A DNA stretch of 64,000 nt, taken from Nitrospirota bacterium. Its GTDB lineage: Bacteria > Nitrospirota > UBA9217. The DNA is taken from assembly GCA_963751455.1 (NCBI GenBank), contig CAVVUN010000001.1, positions 656,669 to 720,668 of the forward strand, read 5' to 3'. Every line of letters starts with the position of its first letter. The first letter of the stretch is position 1. Positions 1 through 10,300 of the stretch are shown here, in pieces. A model generated the notes under the pieces. It was given only the letters and a program-made list of their open reading frames with translations. It made no database searches and had not been told where the DNA came from. The position numbers and the translations under genes are program-made.

Positions 1-347
1 TCGTTTATCTGCAGCTATTGCACCGGCAGCCGCTTCAGATTCGATATAGAGGGCTGGATGCAATCTGTAAAGAAAGCTTGTCAAAGGGAGATTATGAAAC
101 CGACCGGGTCACTGAGAGGTGAAGGGAGAGAGGAGAGTGTGAACAGTCAGGGCGATCGAGAGGCATGGTAACGGTTCCAGGAAACGTTCCTCTTATAAGG
201 AAGGCTGTATCTCTTGCGGGAAAGCGCGACCAAAGTGGGAACAGAGATAGTTAAGGTGGGGTCTATCGGAGATGTATGGATGTATGGATGAAGTCAGGAT
301 AAATTACAGGAAGAGGCCCGGACCTGCTCCCGGGCCACTTCAAGGCC

Positions 348-725
348 TCACGCCGCTTTCTTCAACGCATATTCAACCATGCCCTGAAAATCCACTACCA
401 CGGCCGGTTCATCCCCGACCACCCAGGCGTCATGTCCTGTCGGCAACAGGGACACATCACCGGCCTTGCATTCGATCTGCGTCCCGTCATCCATCTGCAC
501 CATGATCGTTCCCGACACATGATACTGGAAATGTGGCGCTTCACAGCTCTTTGTCTTTGCCAAAGGCTGCACGGACGTCGACCATTTCCAGCCAGGGTCG
601 AACGTAGCGCGGCCGATCATGGCCCCTCCTATATTTACGAGCTCCAATTTTCCTTTTGGAAAAGTTCTCACTTCGTCGGGTTTTGTAAAATGCTTGAGTT
701 CCGCATTGGCTGCCTTTACCGGCAT
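348..725 (-). CDS. Cupin-domain protein
   Basis: Motifs PGWKWS...CEAPHFQYHVSG...GDVSLLPTGHDAWVVG. AAGGAG RBS precedes ATG 725; the 893 start overlaps the divergent gene. Confidence 0.85.
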   Translation of the reverse strand: MPVKAANAELKHFTKPDEVRTFPKGKLELVNIGGAMIGRATFDPGWKWSTSVQPLAKTKSCEAPHFQYHVSGTIMVQMDDGTQIECKAGDVSLLPTGHDAWVVGDEPAVVVDFQGMVEYALKKAA

Positions 726-891
726 TGAACTCATCTCCTTATCAGTAAAGCGGCGAAACTTCATAATCTCCGCCTCCTTCAAGCATACCCGAATAATACC
801 GCATCCGTCTCTAACCTCTAACAAGGACATGGTGCGGTTTTTACCATAACGGTTTATAATGAACAGTAAAAAGACTATTTGAAGGAGCAAC

Positions 892-1410
892 ATGGCTTAT
901 ATAATGGTCGATATAGAAGCAGATGGACCGATTCCCGGAGATTATTCGATGATATCTTTTGGCGCGGTCCTCGTTGAACCGGGTCTAAACCATGTTTTTT
1001 ATGGGCGATTGAAACCGATTTCTGACAAGTGGGCCCCCCCTTCTCTTGCGATAGCAGGTTTTTCCCGAGAGGAAACGCTGAAATTCGATGAACCGAAGAC
1101 GGTGATGGAAAATTTTACTATCTGGATCAAGAACGAAGTGAAAGCCGAACCGATGTTCATTTCAGATAACACAGGGTTTGATTGGCAGTTCATGAGCTGG
1201 TACTTTCACCATTTTATGGGATCAAATCCGTTCGGATTCAGATCCACTGATCTTGGATCACTTTACAAGGGCCTGCTCAAAGACACCCGTGCGAATTTTA
1301 ACCATTTAAGAAAAACGAAACACACGCATCATCCGGTGGACGATGCCAGGGGCAATGCCGAAGCACTGCTGCATATGAGAGACGAGCTGGGTCTTAAGAT
1401 CATGCTGTAA
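892..1410 (+). CDS. DEDDh 3'-5' exo(ribo)nuclease, Rv2179c/RNase AS-like
   Basis: VDIEADGP...FDWQF...HHPVDDA catalytic motifs; GAAGGAG RBS. Confidence 0.85.
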   Translation: MAYIMVDIEADGPIPGDYSMISFGAVLVEPGLNHVFYGRLKPISDKWAPPSLAIAGFSREETLKFDEPKTVMENFTIWIKNEVKAEPMFISDNTGFDWQFMSWYFHHFMGSNPFGFRSTDLGSLYKGLLKDTRANFNHLRKTKHTHHPVDDARGNAEALLHMRDELGLKIML

Positions 1411-1497
1411 GTGGATCCCCTCCCTGGAGCCGGAGGCTCCTTTTCACGTCGCATTACCCCGGCAGGAGTCGGGGATTGCAAGTCGCGGGATTCTGCT
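1411..1497. repeat. Short hairpin-rich dispersed element, internally deleted copy of 57300-57455
   Basis: GTGGA.CCCCTCC..GGAGCCGGAGGCTCC and ACCCCGGC.GGAG.CGGGG are shared with 57300-57455. Confidence 0.6.
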
Positions 1498-1520
1498 ATT
1501 GAACAGTGTAAACCTTGCCC

Positions 1521-1720
1521 CTATTTCCCGCTCTCGATAATTTCCCGGAACTCGTCAGCAGGAAGCGGCTTGCTGAAGAGAAATCCCTGAATCTCGTCGC
1601 ACCCGGCGGTCTTGAGGAATGAAAGCTGCTCGACCGTTTCAACCCCTTCGGCGATAACGTCCAATCGGAGTTTGTGCCCCATCGCGACCATGGCGTTCAC
1701 AATCGCCTGGCGGCACAAGC
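1521..1720 (-). pseudogene. EAL (c-di-GMP phosphodiesterase) C-terminal fragment
   Basis: AIVNAMVAMGHKLRLDVIAEGVET...GCDEIQGFLFSKPLP; the N-terminal EAL motif is missing. Confidence 0.85.
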
Positions 1721-1911
1721 TATTCTCCGCCTTTTGTAACATCGAGAGCTCTATCCTGGAATCTTGTGCTAATATATTTTCCTGATCCTTCGATCGCTTT
1801 TTTAAAGACATTTCGCAATTACATTTAAACGGTTTATAATTATATTGATAAACTTACAGATGAGGACTCGTTTTATCCGGCAATTCATTTTCTTCTCAAA
1901 AAGGATAATTT

Positions 1912-2388
1912 ATGGATCACGAAAACAATATCAACAGTATCAATGAACGGCACCGCGAATTTCGGAGAAGAAGCGATATCGATAAAAACAATGCAAGCGC
2001 TCTGACGAGCGATGACGAATTCAGGACCGCGATCGAAGCGACCGGCCTCGGCATCATGGACTATTATCCGTTGACCGGAGAACTGTACTGGAACAGTTCA
2101 GCTAAGGAACACTTCGGACTTGCTCCGGATGCACAGGTAAACTACAACGTGTTTCTTGTCGGTCTGCACCCAGAGGACCGGGAGCGTATCGAGCTGCTAT
2201 TTCAGAACGCGCTTGAGCCCATAACCGAAGGCAACTTCAGGGCGGAGTATCGGACGATCGGCATTGAGGACGGGAAGGAACGCAGGATTGCGATGCGCGG
2301 CAAAGCGTTTTTTAATCGTCACGGAGAAGCTGTCCGATTCATAGGGACGACTCAGGATTTAACCGAGTTTAGACCGGAAGGACGATGA
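1912..2388 (+). CDS. PAS/PAC domain protein, probably a truncated sensor kinase
   Basis: AIEATGLGIMDY...LHPEDRER...EYRTI...GEAVRFIGTTQD; no output domain. Confidence 0.7.
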   Translation: MDHENNINSINERHREFRRRSDIDKNNASALTSDDEFRTAIEATGLGIMDYYPLTGELYWNSSAKEHFGLAPDAQVNYNVFLVGLHPEDRERIELLFQNALEPITEGNFRAEYRTIGIEDGKERRIAMRGKAFFNRHGEAVRFIGTTQDLTEFRPEGR

Positions 2389-2576
2389 CGGCGAGCGTGA
2401 TCATGATTGATGTAAAAGAAGAAACGAGAACGGCAGAAATACTTCTCGTAGAAGACAATCCAGCTGACGTCGTCCTGATGAAGGAGGCGCTCAAGCGGGG
2501 TAACATCTCGAATAATATTTCAGTAGCCGTCACGGGTGATGAGGCCTTCGATTTCCTGCATAAGAGAGGCAAGTAT
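2385..2576 (+). pseudogene. Response regulator receiver N-terminal half (Rcp1-like)
   Basis: EILLVEDNPADVVLMKEAL...[14 protein letters not shown]; homology stops before the phospho-Asp. Confidence 0.75.
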
Positions 2577-2710
2577 GATGGCAAGGCCGACCCCGGCGCC
2601 GGAATACTCCTCACGCGTATGCAGCCTCTGGAAGATGGAGAAAATACGGTCGTAATAATCCGGATCTATCCCGATCCCGTTGTCGTGCACGCGGTGGCCA
2701 AATAAGAATT
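2577..2710 (-). pseudogene. Histidine kinase HATPase fragment
   Basis: [38 protein letters not shown] (G1/F/G2 boxes), truncated at both ends. Confidence 0.8.
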
Positions 2711-2724
2711 CTGCAGTCCCGGCG

Positions 2725-3114
2725 CTACGCCGCTTTTCCTGTCCGCATAAAAAGGTTCCGTATTTCTTTGGGAAGCTGTTCAAACGTATCGACCAATTCG
2801 TCTTTCGGCGCATTATCAGCGAGCGTCGACAGTACTGCACGTGCATGTTCTTCTGCCGTCGCCGGGTCAACACCCTCCCTATCCGCGATCTGGGCAAGAA
2901 ATTCATCGATCCCGAACGGTTGCGCCAGCGGGGATTGCTTGAGAAACCGCTTGAAGTCTGCAGGTAGCGCGGCAGCCAGGTCATCGGCCTGGCCGAATGT
3001 GATCCGTTGTCCGAGAACTTCAAGAGCTGCTCGTATCGCCTTCACTACATCGATATCGGATGTGAACCGGGCCCGGTCGCGCACTGACTTTATATAGTTA
3101 TTATAATAATCCAT
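2725..3114 (-). CDS. DUF2267-family protein
   Basis: [26 protein letters not shown]...EFLAQIA...ARAVLSTL...[10 protein letters not shown] pattern. Confidence 0.8.
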   Translation of the reverse strand: MDYYNNYIKSVRDRARFTSDIDVVKAIRAALEVLGQRITFGQADDLAAALPADFKRFLKQSPLAQPFGIDEFLAQIADREGVDPATAEEHARAVLSTLADNAPKDELVDTFEQLPKEIRNLFMRTGKAA

Positions 3115-3148
3115 CGCTGTTCTCCTGCGCGGTCAACCTGAAATCGGG

Positions 3149-3634
3149 TCATGCGGCCCTTCTCCGTTCTGCCTGGACCGAGAAGTCCATGATAGTCGGA
3201 TTCACCATTCTCATGTAGTCGTCAAAGGAAAGCCTTACCAGTTCCGAAAAGGAGCATGCATTAAAGGCTATTTCCTTGTCTTGCGTCAGCGCCCGTGAAA
3301 CAATAACATCCATGCCATACAGGTTTCCGAAAGGAGGCTGCGATCCAGGCTGGCAATCAGGAAACATATCTTTATATTCGTCCTCCGGCATCAGCACCGC
3401 CTCGCGGGCGCCTGAATTGTCTTTCAAGAGGGCGAAATCAATATAGTGAAATGCGGGCAGGATGCACATGACTATCTTCCCGTCAAGTTTGACAATCACC
3501 GTTTTTGCCAGATCCTGCCCTTTTACGTGGGCCGATGCAGCGATCTCCTGGGCAGTGTACGCGGGAGAATGAGCAATACTTACATACTTCACGTTCTGAC
3601 CGTTCAAGTAATCCTTTATTTTAATTGAAGGCAT
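3149..3634 (-). CDS. YbaK/EbsC-family aminoacyl-tRNA deacylase
   Basis: HSPAYTAQEIA...LAKTVIV...FPDCQPGSQPPFG; GGAGG RBS. Confidence 0.9.
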   Translation of the reverse strand: MPSIKIKDYLNGQNVKYVSIAHSPAYTAQEIAASAHVKGQDLAKTVIVKLDGKIVMCILPAFHYIDFALLKDNSGAREAVLMPEDEYKDMFPDCQPGSQPPFGNLYGMDVIVSRALTQDKEIAFNACSFSELVRLSFDDYMRMVNPTIMDFSVQAERRRAA

Positions 3635-3758
3635 GACACACCTCCTTATGTTCCTTGGCGTTCGTCGCCCTCATGTTGCTTTAAATCAGGAGGCTCAATC
3701 CGGATGCGGTAAATAATTCAAATCCGGCAAACCGTCTAGGTTGAAGACGGGAAGAACA

Positions 3759-4280
3759 CTATGCAGCTTTCTTCTTTACGGCTTTCTCGCCTTCCGGAAG
3801 ACTCGGCGTCTCGATCTCGATCTTTTTAGGCTTCACCTCTACCGCCGAAGGAACGGTGATCTCAAGCATGCCGTTGACGTATGTTGCCTTCATCTGATCG
3901 ATCTTGGCGCCCGTCGGCAGCGTGAACCGCCGCTCGAACTTGCCATAGGAGAGTTCCCGGCTGATATAGTCCTCAGTCTTGGTTTCTTTATCCTGTTTCC
4001 TCTCCCCCTTGATGATGAGCTGACGCGAGTCTTCATCGAAGGAGACGTCGACGTCCTTGGGATCGATGCCGGGCAATTCGCATTTCATAATCAGGTTGTC
4101 GCCTTTAATGTACGTCTCGGCCAGCGGCGTCCGTGCTCCTGTGACTTCCGGGGCTGGTATATTTGCGCCAAGGAACTGGCTGAACATTCTCGCCATATCG
4201 CGCTGCATTTGCTGTAGCTCGCTCAACGGGTTTCCTCCTCTTAAAATATTGAAAGGATCAAAAAGGCTCAGGTTTGCCAT
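3759..4280 (-). CDS. Hsp20/alpha-crystallin small heat-shock protein
   Basis: ELPGIDPKDVDV...GER...ELSYGKFERRFTLP...ATYVNGMLEITVP; AAGGAG before ATG 4280. Confidence 0.93.
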   Translation of the reverse strand: MANLSLFDPFNILRGGNPLSELQQMQRDMARMFSQFLGANIPAPEVTGARTPLAETYIKGDNLIMKCELPGIDPKDVDVSFDEDSRQLIIKGERKQDKETKTEDYISRELSYGKFERRFTLPTGAKIDQMKATYVNGMLEITVPSAVEVKPKKIEIETPSLPEGEKAVKKKAA

Positions 4281-4499
4281 GTTATTCACTCCTTTCGATC
4301 AGCTATCTGGATTGAAGCACCCCACCCGATGGAGCAAATAACTTTAACAATTATATTGTCCATCCATGAGAAACTACACCTTTCGCTGAACAATCTCATT
4401 CTTGTATTCTAATTCAACTTTATCGCCCTCTTCCGGGAATGGTCAAGCGGTCTTTAGTATCCGGCTGCGACTATATTTTCGGGCGTGCGGGGAACCTCA

Positions 4500-4622
4500 T
4501 CAGCTGTATATTCCCTGGATATCCGCCCTTCGCAGCCTGAGAGCATTTCCTATAACGGACACCGAACTAAAGCTCATTGCGGCAGCGGCGAAGACAGGGC
4601 TCAGCAAGATGCCCAGAAACGG
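4500..4622 (-). pseudogene. C-terminal remnant of a Cu(I) P1B-type ATPase (CopA-like)
   Basis: Manual translation [32 protein letters not shown] (MxxSS motif of the last TM helix); not in the ORF track. Confidence 0.8.
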
Positions 4623-4830
4623 AACTCAGGGGTTACTTTATTAAAGCATAATATCCCTACAGAAGCTGTCAACCTGCTCTACACCTAAGGTTTTCTGCTT
4701 CTTGAAAAATAAGACAATGTGTTTCGAATCTATGTGAGAATTCCAGGAATTAGTTACGATTTTCATACTTTGTTTCAAAACTCTTTTCTTCATTCCTTGA
4801 CTGCTTTTGCTCTTATGGTAGGTTTTACCT

Positions 4831-5214
4831 ATGAAGATAATCAGCACTGTATTTTTTTTCTTTTTGGTTTTATCTTCGTCCGTTCTGGCCGACGACAGAC
4901 ATACATGGACAACCGGCGATTCGCTTCTGCAGTCGGCCCTGATCGGCCTGATAGTCGTCGACTGGCACCAAACCAGGGAGTTTACAAGTAAGCGGCAAAA
5001 ATATCCGACCAAATATGAAAGCAATCCGCTGCTGAAGGCGCATCCCTCCGCTCGCGAAGTTAACAGTGTAATAGTCGGGTGCATACTAGTGCATACCGGC
5101 ATAGCATACCTGCTGCCGAAACCCTACCGGACAATATGGCAGAGTTTATGGCTCGGCGTCGAAGTGGACGCGGTCTATGCCAATTACAGGGCCGGAATCA
5201 CTTTCAGCTTTTAA
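4831..5214 (+). CDS. Hypothetical exported/membrane protein, paralog 1
   Basis: Signal peptide; DWHQTREF...ESNPLL...HTGIAYLLPKPYRTIWQ; C-terminal Phe. Confidence 0.75.
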   Translation: MKIISTVFFFFLVLSSSVLADDRHTWTTGDSLLQSALIGLIVVDWHQTREFTSKRQKYPTKYESNPLLKAHPSAREVNSVIVGCILVHTGIAYLLPKPYRTIWQSLWLGVEVDAVYANYRAGITFSF

Positions 5215-5245
5215 CAGTGCGACTTCAACGAGGGGACCGGAAACA

Positions 5246-5644
5246 ATGAACATCAAGCAGCGAGCTGCCAGCGTCCCGTTATTGTTACTTTGTTTATTGC
5301 TTGCTGCGCCGGTCTCTGCCGCTGATAACCATGCGTGGTCGGCATCCGACACTGCGCTGCAAGCTACATTCATTCTGCTCACGGCCATGGAATGGCGGCA
5401 AACAAGGGAATTTACAAATCATCGAAGCAGATATTCCGAAACGTACACCGTCAGCCCGTTCTTAAGCGAGCATCCCACAGCCCACGATGCTAACAGGCTG
5501 GCTGCGGCTTCAATAATTGTTCATACAGGCCTGGCCTACGCGCTTCCCAGGCCGTACCGTACGATCTGGCAAAGCTTCTGGATCGGCGTCCAGGGAGGCT
5601 CGGTTCTTTCAAATTACGTGGCCTGCATCAGTGTCAGATTTTAA
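5246..5644 (+). CDS. Hypothetical exported/membrane protein, paralog 2
   Basis: Signal peptide; EWRQTREF...HTGLAYALPRPYRTIWQ, homologous to 4831-5214. Confidence 0.75.
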   Translation: MNIKQRAASVPLLLLCLLLAAPVSAADNHAWSASDTALQATFILLTAMEWRQTREFTNHRSRYSETYTVSPFLSEHPTAHDANRLAAASIIVHTGLAYALPRPYRTIWQSFWIGVQGGSVLSNYVACISVRF

Positions 5645-5686
5645 ATCACTCAATTTATTGTTCAGATAGATGCGAAATCTCTCGAA

Positions 5687-5800
5687 CGTCATTGCGAGAA
5701 GCGCTTTTTACGATGTGGCATTCTCGAAGTTTTGATTGAACCCGGGTTCGAGAGTTATCGAGATCGACCAGTCCAGCTCGCTTCGCTGCGCGCAATGACG
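5687..5800. repeat. REP/MITE-like palindromic element (CGTCATTGCG...CGCAATGACG)
   Basis: Perfect 10-bp terminal inverted repeat at 5687-5696 and 5791-5800. Confidence 0.65.
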
Positions 5801-5837
5801 GCGAGGGGCCTGATCGCAAGAAAGGATTTTTTCAACG

Positions 5838-5865
5838 TTGACAATGAATATTAAATGCATACAAT
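5838..5865 (+). promoter_or_regulatory. Sigma70-like promoter of the M20 peptidase gene
   Basis: TTGACA-16 nt-TACAAT about 35 nt upstream of the start. Confidence 0.6.
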
Positions 5866-5900
5866 GAGAGTATTTCGTTCCTGATATGCGGAGGCACTTG

Positions 5901-7295
5901 ATGAATAATAACCTCACTGAAGCCCTTGATCATTTCGCGCAACACCAGACCAGGCATTTAGACGACCTCAAGGAACTGGTCCGAATCCCGAGCATCAGTT
6001 TCCCAGGCTTTGATCCGGAGGCGGTCAGGAGGAGCGCGGAAGCCGTACAAAGGCTTCTCTCCCGAAGCGGCCTGAAAGATGTCCGCCTCCTGGAAACAGG
6101 AGCCGGCCACCCCTCCGTATTCGGAGAATGGACGGACGCTCCCGGTAAACCCACGATCCTTCTGTATGCTCATCATGATGTCCAGCCTGCCGGCAGAGAA
6201 TCGGTCTGGACAACGCCTCCTTTTGAACCAGTCGAACGAAACGGGAGACTTTTTGCGCGGGGCGTATCGGACGACAAGGCAGGAGCTGTCATGCATGCTG
6301 CCGCAGTAGAATCGTATCTTGCATCAGGGAAACGGCTGCCGATAAATGTAAAAGTGCTGATCGAAGGCGAGGAAGAAGTGGGATCCACGAACCTCAATAA
6401 ACTGCTGGATACGAATCATGAGCTTTTCTCAGCGGACCTCGTCCTGATTGCTGATAGTGAAAACTTCGACAGCGGTGTTCCGTCGCTCACCGCCTCTCTT
6501 CGCGGCATTGTAACCGTGAATCTGGAAGTACGCTCTCTGTCGTCCAGCGTCCATTCCGGCACATGGGGCGGCCCGTTGCCCGATCCTGTGATCGCCCTTT
6601 CTAAAATCCTAGCGACCCTTCTTGATGACGAGGGCCGGCCTGCCATTCCTGGTCTATTAACTAAGGTCAGGAAATTGTCCCCCGCTGAAAAGGCGGAGCT
6701 TGAAGCATTGCCCTTTAATGAGCAGCTTTACAGGAATCAATCCACGCTTCTGGATGGTGTTACTATTACAGGAGGTGAAAGCGGGGTCTATGAAAAGATG
6801 TGGTATGAGCCGTCGATCGCGGTCAACGTTATCGAGGCAAGCAGCAGAAAGCAGGCTTCGAACATCATCAATGATTCGGCATATGCCCGTATAGGCATCA
6901 GGATCGTTCCCGATATGGACCCTTTTGAAACGCTGGAACTCCTGAAGAAGCATCTGATAAAGAATGCTCCCTGGGGCGTACACGTAAACATAGAGCCTGA
7001 AACACCGTCACGCTGGTGGCGTACCGATACGAAGGGCCCCGTGTTCGAAGCAGCGAGAGCAGCACTCGAGAAAGGCTACGGCACGAAACCGGCCGTTGTC
7101 GGCGCAGGCGGGTCGATACCGTTTGTCCAGACCATCACGGATGCGCTCGGCGGCGCCCCTGCCCTGCTCTTCGGCGTGGGAGACCGGTATTCAGCTGCTC
7201 ATTCCGAGAATGAAAGCCTTTTGCTTTCCGACTGGGAAAAGGCCTGTAGGAGCCTTATCTACTTGCTTGCAAAACTCGCAGATCTGAAGATTTGA
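5901..7295 (+). CDS. M20-family metallo-dipeptidase
   Basis: YAHHDVQP, RGVSDDK, EGEEE and AAHSENE metal-binding motifs; GGAGG RBS. Confidence 0.93.
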   Translation: MNNNLTEALDHFAQHQTRHLDDLKELVRIPSISFPGFDPEAVRRSAEAVQRLLSRSGLKDVRLLETGAGHPSVFGEWTDAPGKPTILLYAHHDVQPAGRESVWTTPPFEPVERNGRLFARGVSDDKAGAVMHAAAVESYLASGKRLPINVKVLIEGEEEVGSTNLNKLLDTNHELFSADLVLIADSENFDSGVPSLTASLRGIVTVNLEVRSLSSSVHSGTWGGPLPDPVIALSKILATLLDDEGRPAIPGLLTKVRKLSPAEKAELEALPFNEQLYRNQSTLLDGVTITGGESGVYEKMWYEPSIAVNVIEASSRKQASNIINDSAYARIGIRIVPDMDPFETLELLKKHLIKNAPWGVHVNIEPETPSRWWRTDTKGPVFEAARAALEKGYGTKPAVVGAGGSIPFVQTITDALGGAPALLFGVGDRYSAAHSENESLLLSDWEKACRSLIYLLAKLADLKI

Positions 7296-7329
7296 TTGTC
7301 TAGACATATAAAAGATGCAAACAAAAAAC

Positions 7330-7364
7330 TAGGGAGGCTTCAGAATAATTCTAAAGCCTCCCTA
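7330..7364. terminator. Intrinsic terminator between convergent genes
   Basis: TAGGGAGGCTT...AAGCCTCCCTA stem with a T-run on the minus strand. Confidence 0.75.
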
Positions 7365-7377
7365 TCAACGTACATTG

Positions 7378-10300
7378 CTACCTCAACCTGATTCCGGTAT
7401 TCCCGCCTGACACCTTCACCCCATACTTCAAACTATCAGGATACGCAATCAGGTTTCTTATTTCCGTCCCATCAGCCTTGAATATCTTCACTGTCGGATC
7501 GTTCTGCGGACAGGGTCCCGCGCCGGCAATGACTTCATCCACTCCATCGCCGTCAAGATCAGCGCTCGATACGTTCACGCCATACTTCAAGCTCGATTCA
7601 TACGCTGCAAATTCCCGGACCAGGGTCCCATCGGCTTTATATATCCTGATCGCTGATGAATTCTTTGGGTCAGATCCGGCGCCGGCGATAATCTCTGATT
7701 TCCCGTCTCCATCCATGTCTCCAGACGTAATATTTACTCCATAAGTTCCTTCAAATGCGGTGAAGGTGGTTAGCGGAGTAAGGTCGCTAGACTCATATTT
7801 CCATATAGTAACGGATGCGTCGTTATTCGGTCCGGGTCCGGGCGCTGTAATGATCTCAGGTATGTTGTCTCCATCGATGTCTCCGGCTGTTATATTCAGC
7901 CCGTAAGAACTCTGGCTATTCACAGTGTGGGCTATTATCTGAGTGAATCCGGCGCTCGTATATTTAAGCACTTTCAGGATGCCAGGATTCTTCGGGTCAG
8001 GGCCGGCGCCCACGATCAATTCATCGACCCAGTCCCCGTCCAGATCGCCGGACGCAAGCGTCAACCCGTATTTCGTGTCAAACGCCGCGTATTCAGCAAG
8101 GAGCGAACCGTCTCTCTTGAAAGCCCTGAACGTCGCGCCGTTCTTCGGGTCCGGTCCCTGTGCGACGATTATTTCGTCATAACCGTCGCCGTCGATATCA
8201 GCCGAAATTGCATTTGCGCCGTACTTCGTATCGAACGCCTTGAATTCCTTAATAAGCTCCGCGTTGCCGTCATAGAGCCGTACCAGCGCCTCATTCTGCG
8301 GACCCGGCCCGGCTGAAGCGATAATGCCAGGAGCGATATCCGGGTTCTGCTGGATAACCAGATTCAGGTTCAAGTCATGGCGGACTAGTCCATCGTCTCC
8401 AGTCACCGTGAGGGCATACGTGCCCGGCTTAACGTATTTCGATGTCAAAACAGTCAAAGCAGCCTGTCCAGGGACTGAGGTTTGAGCACTATCCAGGGAC
8501 GCTCTTACACCATACGGCAATCCTGTAACTGTCAAACCCACAACGCCTTCGTAACCATTGAGCGCCGAAATGCTTATCGGCAGAGCCGAGGATTCGAGTT
8601 GCTTTATTGTCCGGCTCAACTCCGCTGCTTCCATTCCGAAACCGGACACATCGAGGGTAAGCGGTACTGTATGCGTCACGATTTCGCCCTCATCCGTCCC
8701 CTGCGCAGTCAGGTACAAGGTATGCGTTCCTGTAACCGTCTTGTCCGTTGCAATCACTAAAGTCTCTGACTGGCCGGGTAGCATTAATCTATCCGGGTTG
8801 AACGTTACAGTCGCGCCGGCCGGTAAACCATCAATGTTCATCGACGTTTCATTGTTCCATCCATTCAAAGGTGTCAAAGTTGCGATGAATGAGGCTGTTT
8901 CCCCCTGTTTAATCCTTGCACTGGTTTCGTCGAGGATAATGGTAAAATCTGGCGCTTTGTTAAGAGCTATGAGCTTCGTGCTCGAAATTGAACTTTCGAT
9001 CATGGTATCGGCTATAGTGTATGCGCCGTCCACTGCCAGCCCTGCTGTGTTCCACACTTGTGAGAAGGTGGTCCTCATTGATGGCGGCAGCGCGCCTAGA
9101 TTCGTAATGTTCGTATATGCCGCATTGCCTGAGGAGTCCTTAGCAGTCGTCATTATGGCAGCTCCATTATAGGTGGTTGATGCCGTCAGGTTCATGATGG
9201 TGGAGGTGATGTATACCTTCTGCCTGATCTTATAGGTATCTTTGTCTGTTTCGGTAAGAATCGCAAGCTCAGGTATTTTAACAGCCATGCTTCCGCTGTT
9301 ATTATTTTCATTGAACTCTGTAACTGTATTCCCTTCATTTACTTTTACCGTGATCGAATGATCTCCAGCCTTGCCGAGGATATTCCAAGAAACCGCAACA
9401 GTTTCATATTCTCCCAAATTCAGCGCTCTAACCGATTTAGTGTCAATCAGAGTTTCACCATCATGGAAAGCTACGATCGCATCACCGGAGGCAGTCCTGC
9501 CCTGATTCATGATAGTTGCTGTAATTTGGATGGTGCTATCCGGTTTGATATCAGTCACCCCTACGCTGGTAATTTTCAAATCCGGCAAATCGCTTCCGTA
9601 AATAAAACTTGTCTCTTTTGTGCTGGTGAGACCGTCAGCGGTCAAAACCGCTTTAAGAATATGAGAACCGGGTGATACGTCTGACAAATCATAGCTCACA
9701 GTTGCGAAACCATCGAGCGGGGCCGTTTCTGTGCGAACTAAAGCGCCGTCTACCAGCAGTTCGAGTGCAGCGTCAGCGGTACCGAACATATTCGCCTTTA
9801 CGACAACCGGCTCCGATGTGAGGTTGTAAACCGTCTTATCTGTGCCAATCCCCAGAAGCACCGCGTCACCTACATCGAACGCCTCTGACCCGGATGACAG
9901 AAGCAGATCACCCGAATAGAGACCGTACACCAGGCGATGGATTCCGCTTAATGCAGTTCGGAGTTGTGAGTTCACAGTTGTGAGTAAGGGTTCAGACGGA
10001 GAAAGTATAATCGCGCTCTCCCCTGCAGGTGTATACTTTTCCATTGGATCTACAACCCAGCTCTTAAGGATCACCGGAAGATCGATATTGCTCGTTAGAG
10101 TAAGGTTAGCGGTGATGGCGTCTGTTTTTGTGTATTTGCCCTTATCCAGTTTTGCTTCAATTATCTTGACTTGAATGCCGCTTACGTCAATAGGATGTGA
10201 AACAGTAATGGATTCAGAGTTTTGAGTTTTAAGTTGAACGTTTATGTTATACGTTCCAGCCGTCATTGTTGACGGAAGAGGAATGTGCTTCGATGCCGAT

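Noticed and set aside
1-55. Possible EAL remnant on the minus strand (SISNLKRLPVQ*LQIN)
   Set aside because: Too short and at the window edge to support as a feature.
100-345. Purine-rich intergenic stretch as a possible ncRNA
   Set aside because: Only one weak stem (TATCTCT/AGAGATA) and no recognisable family.
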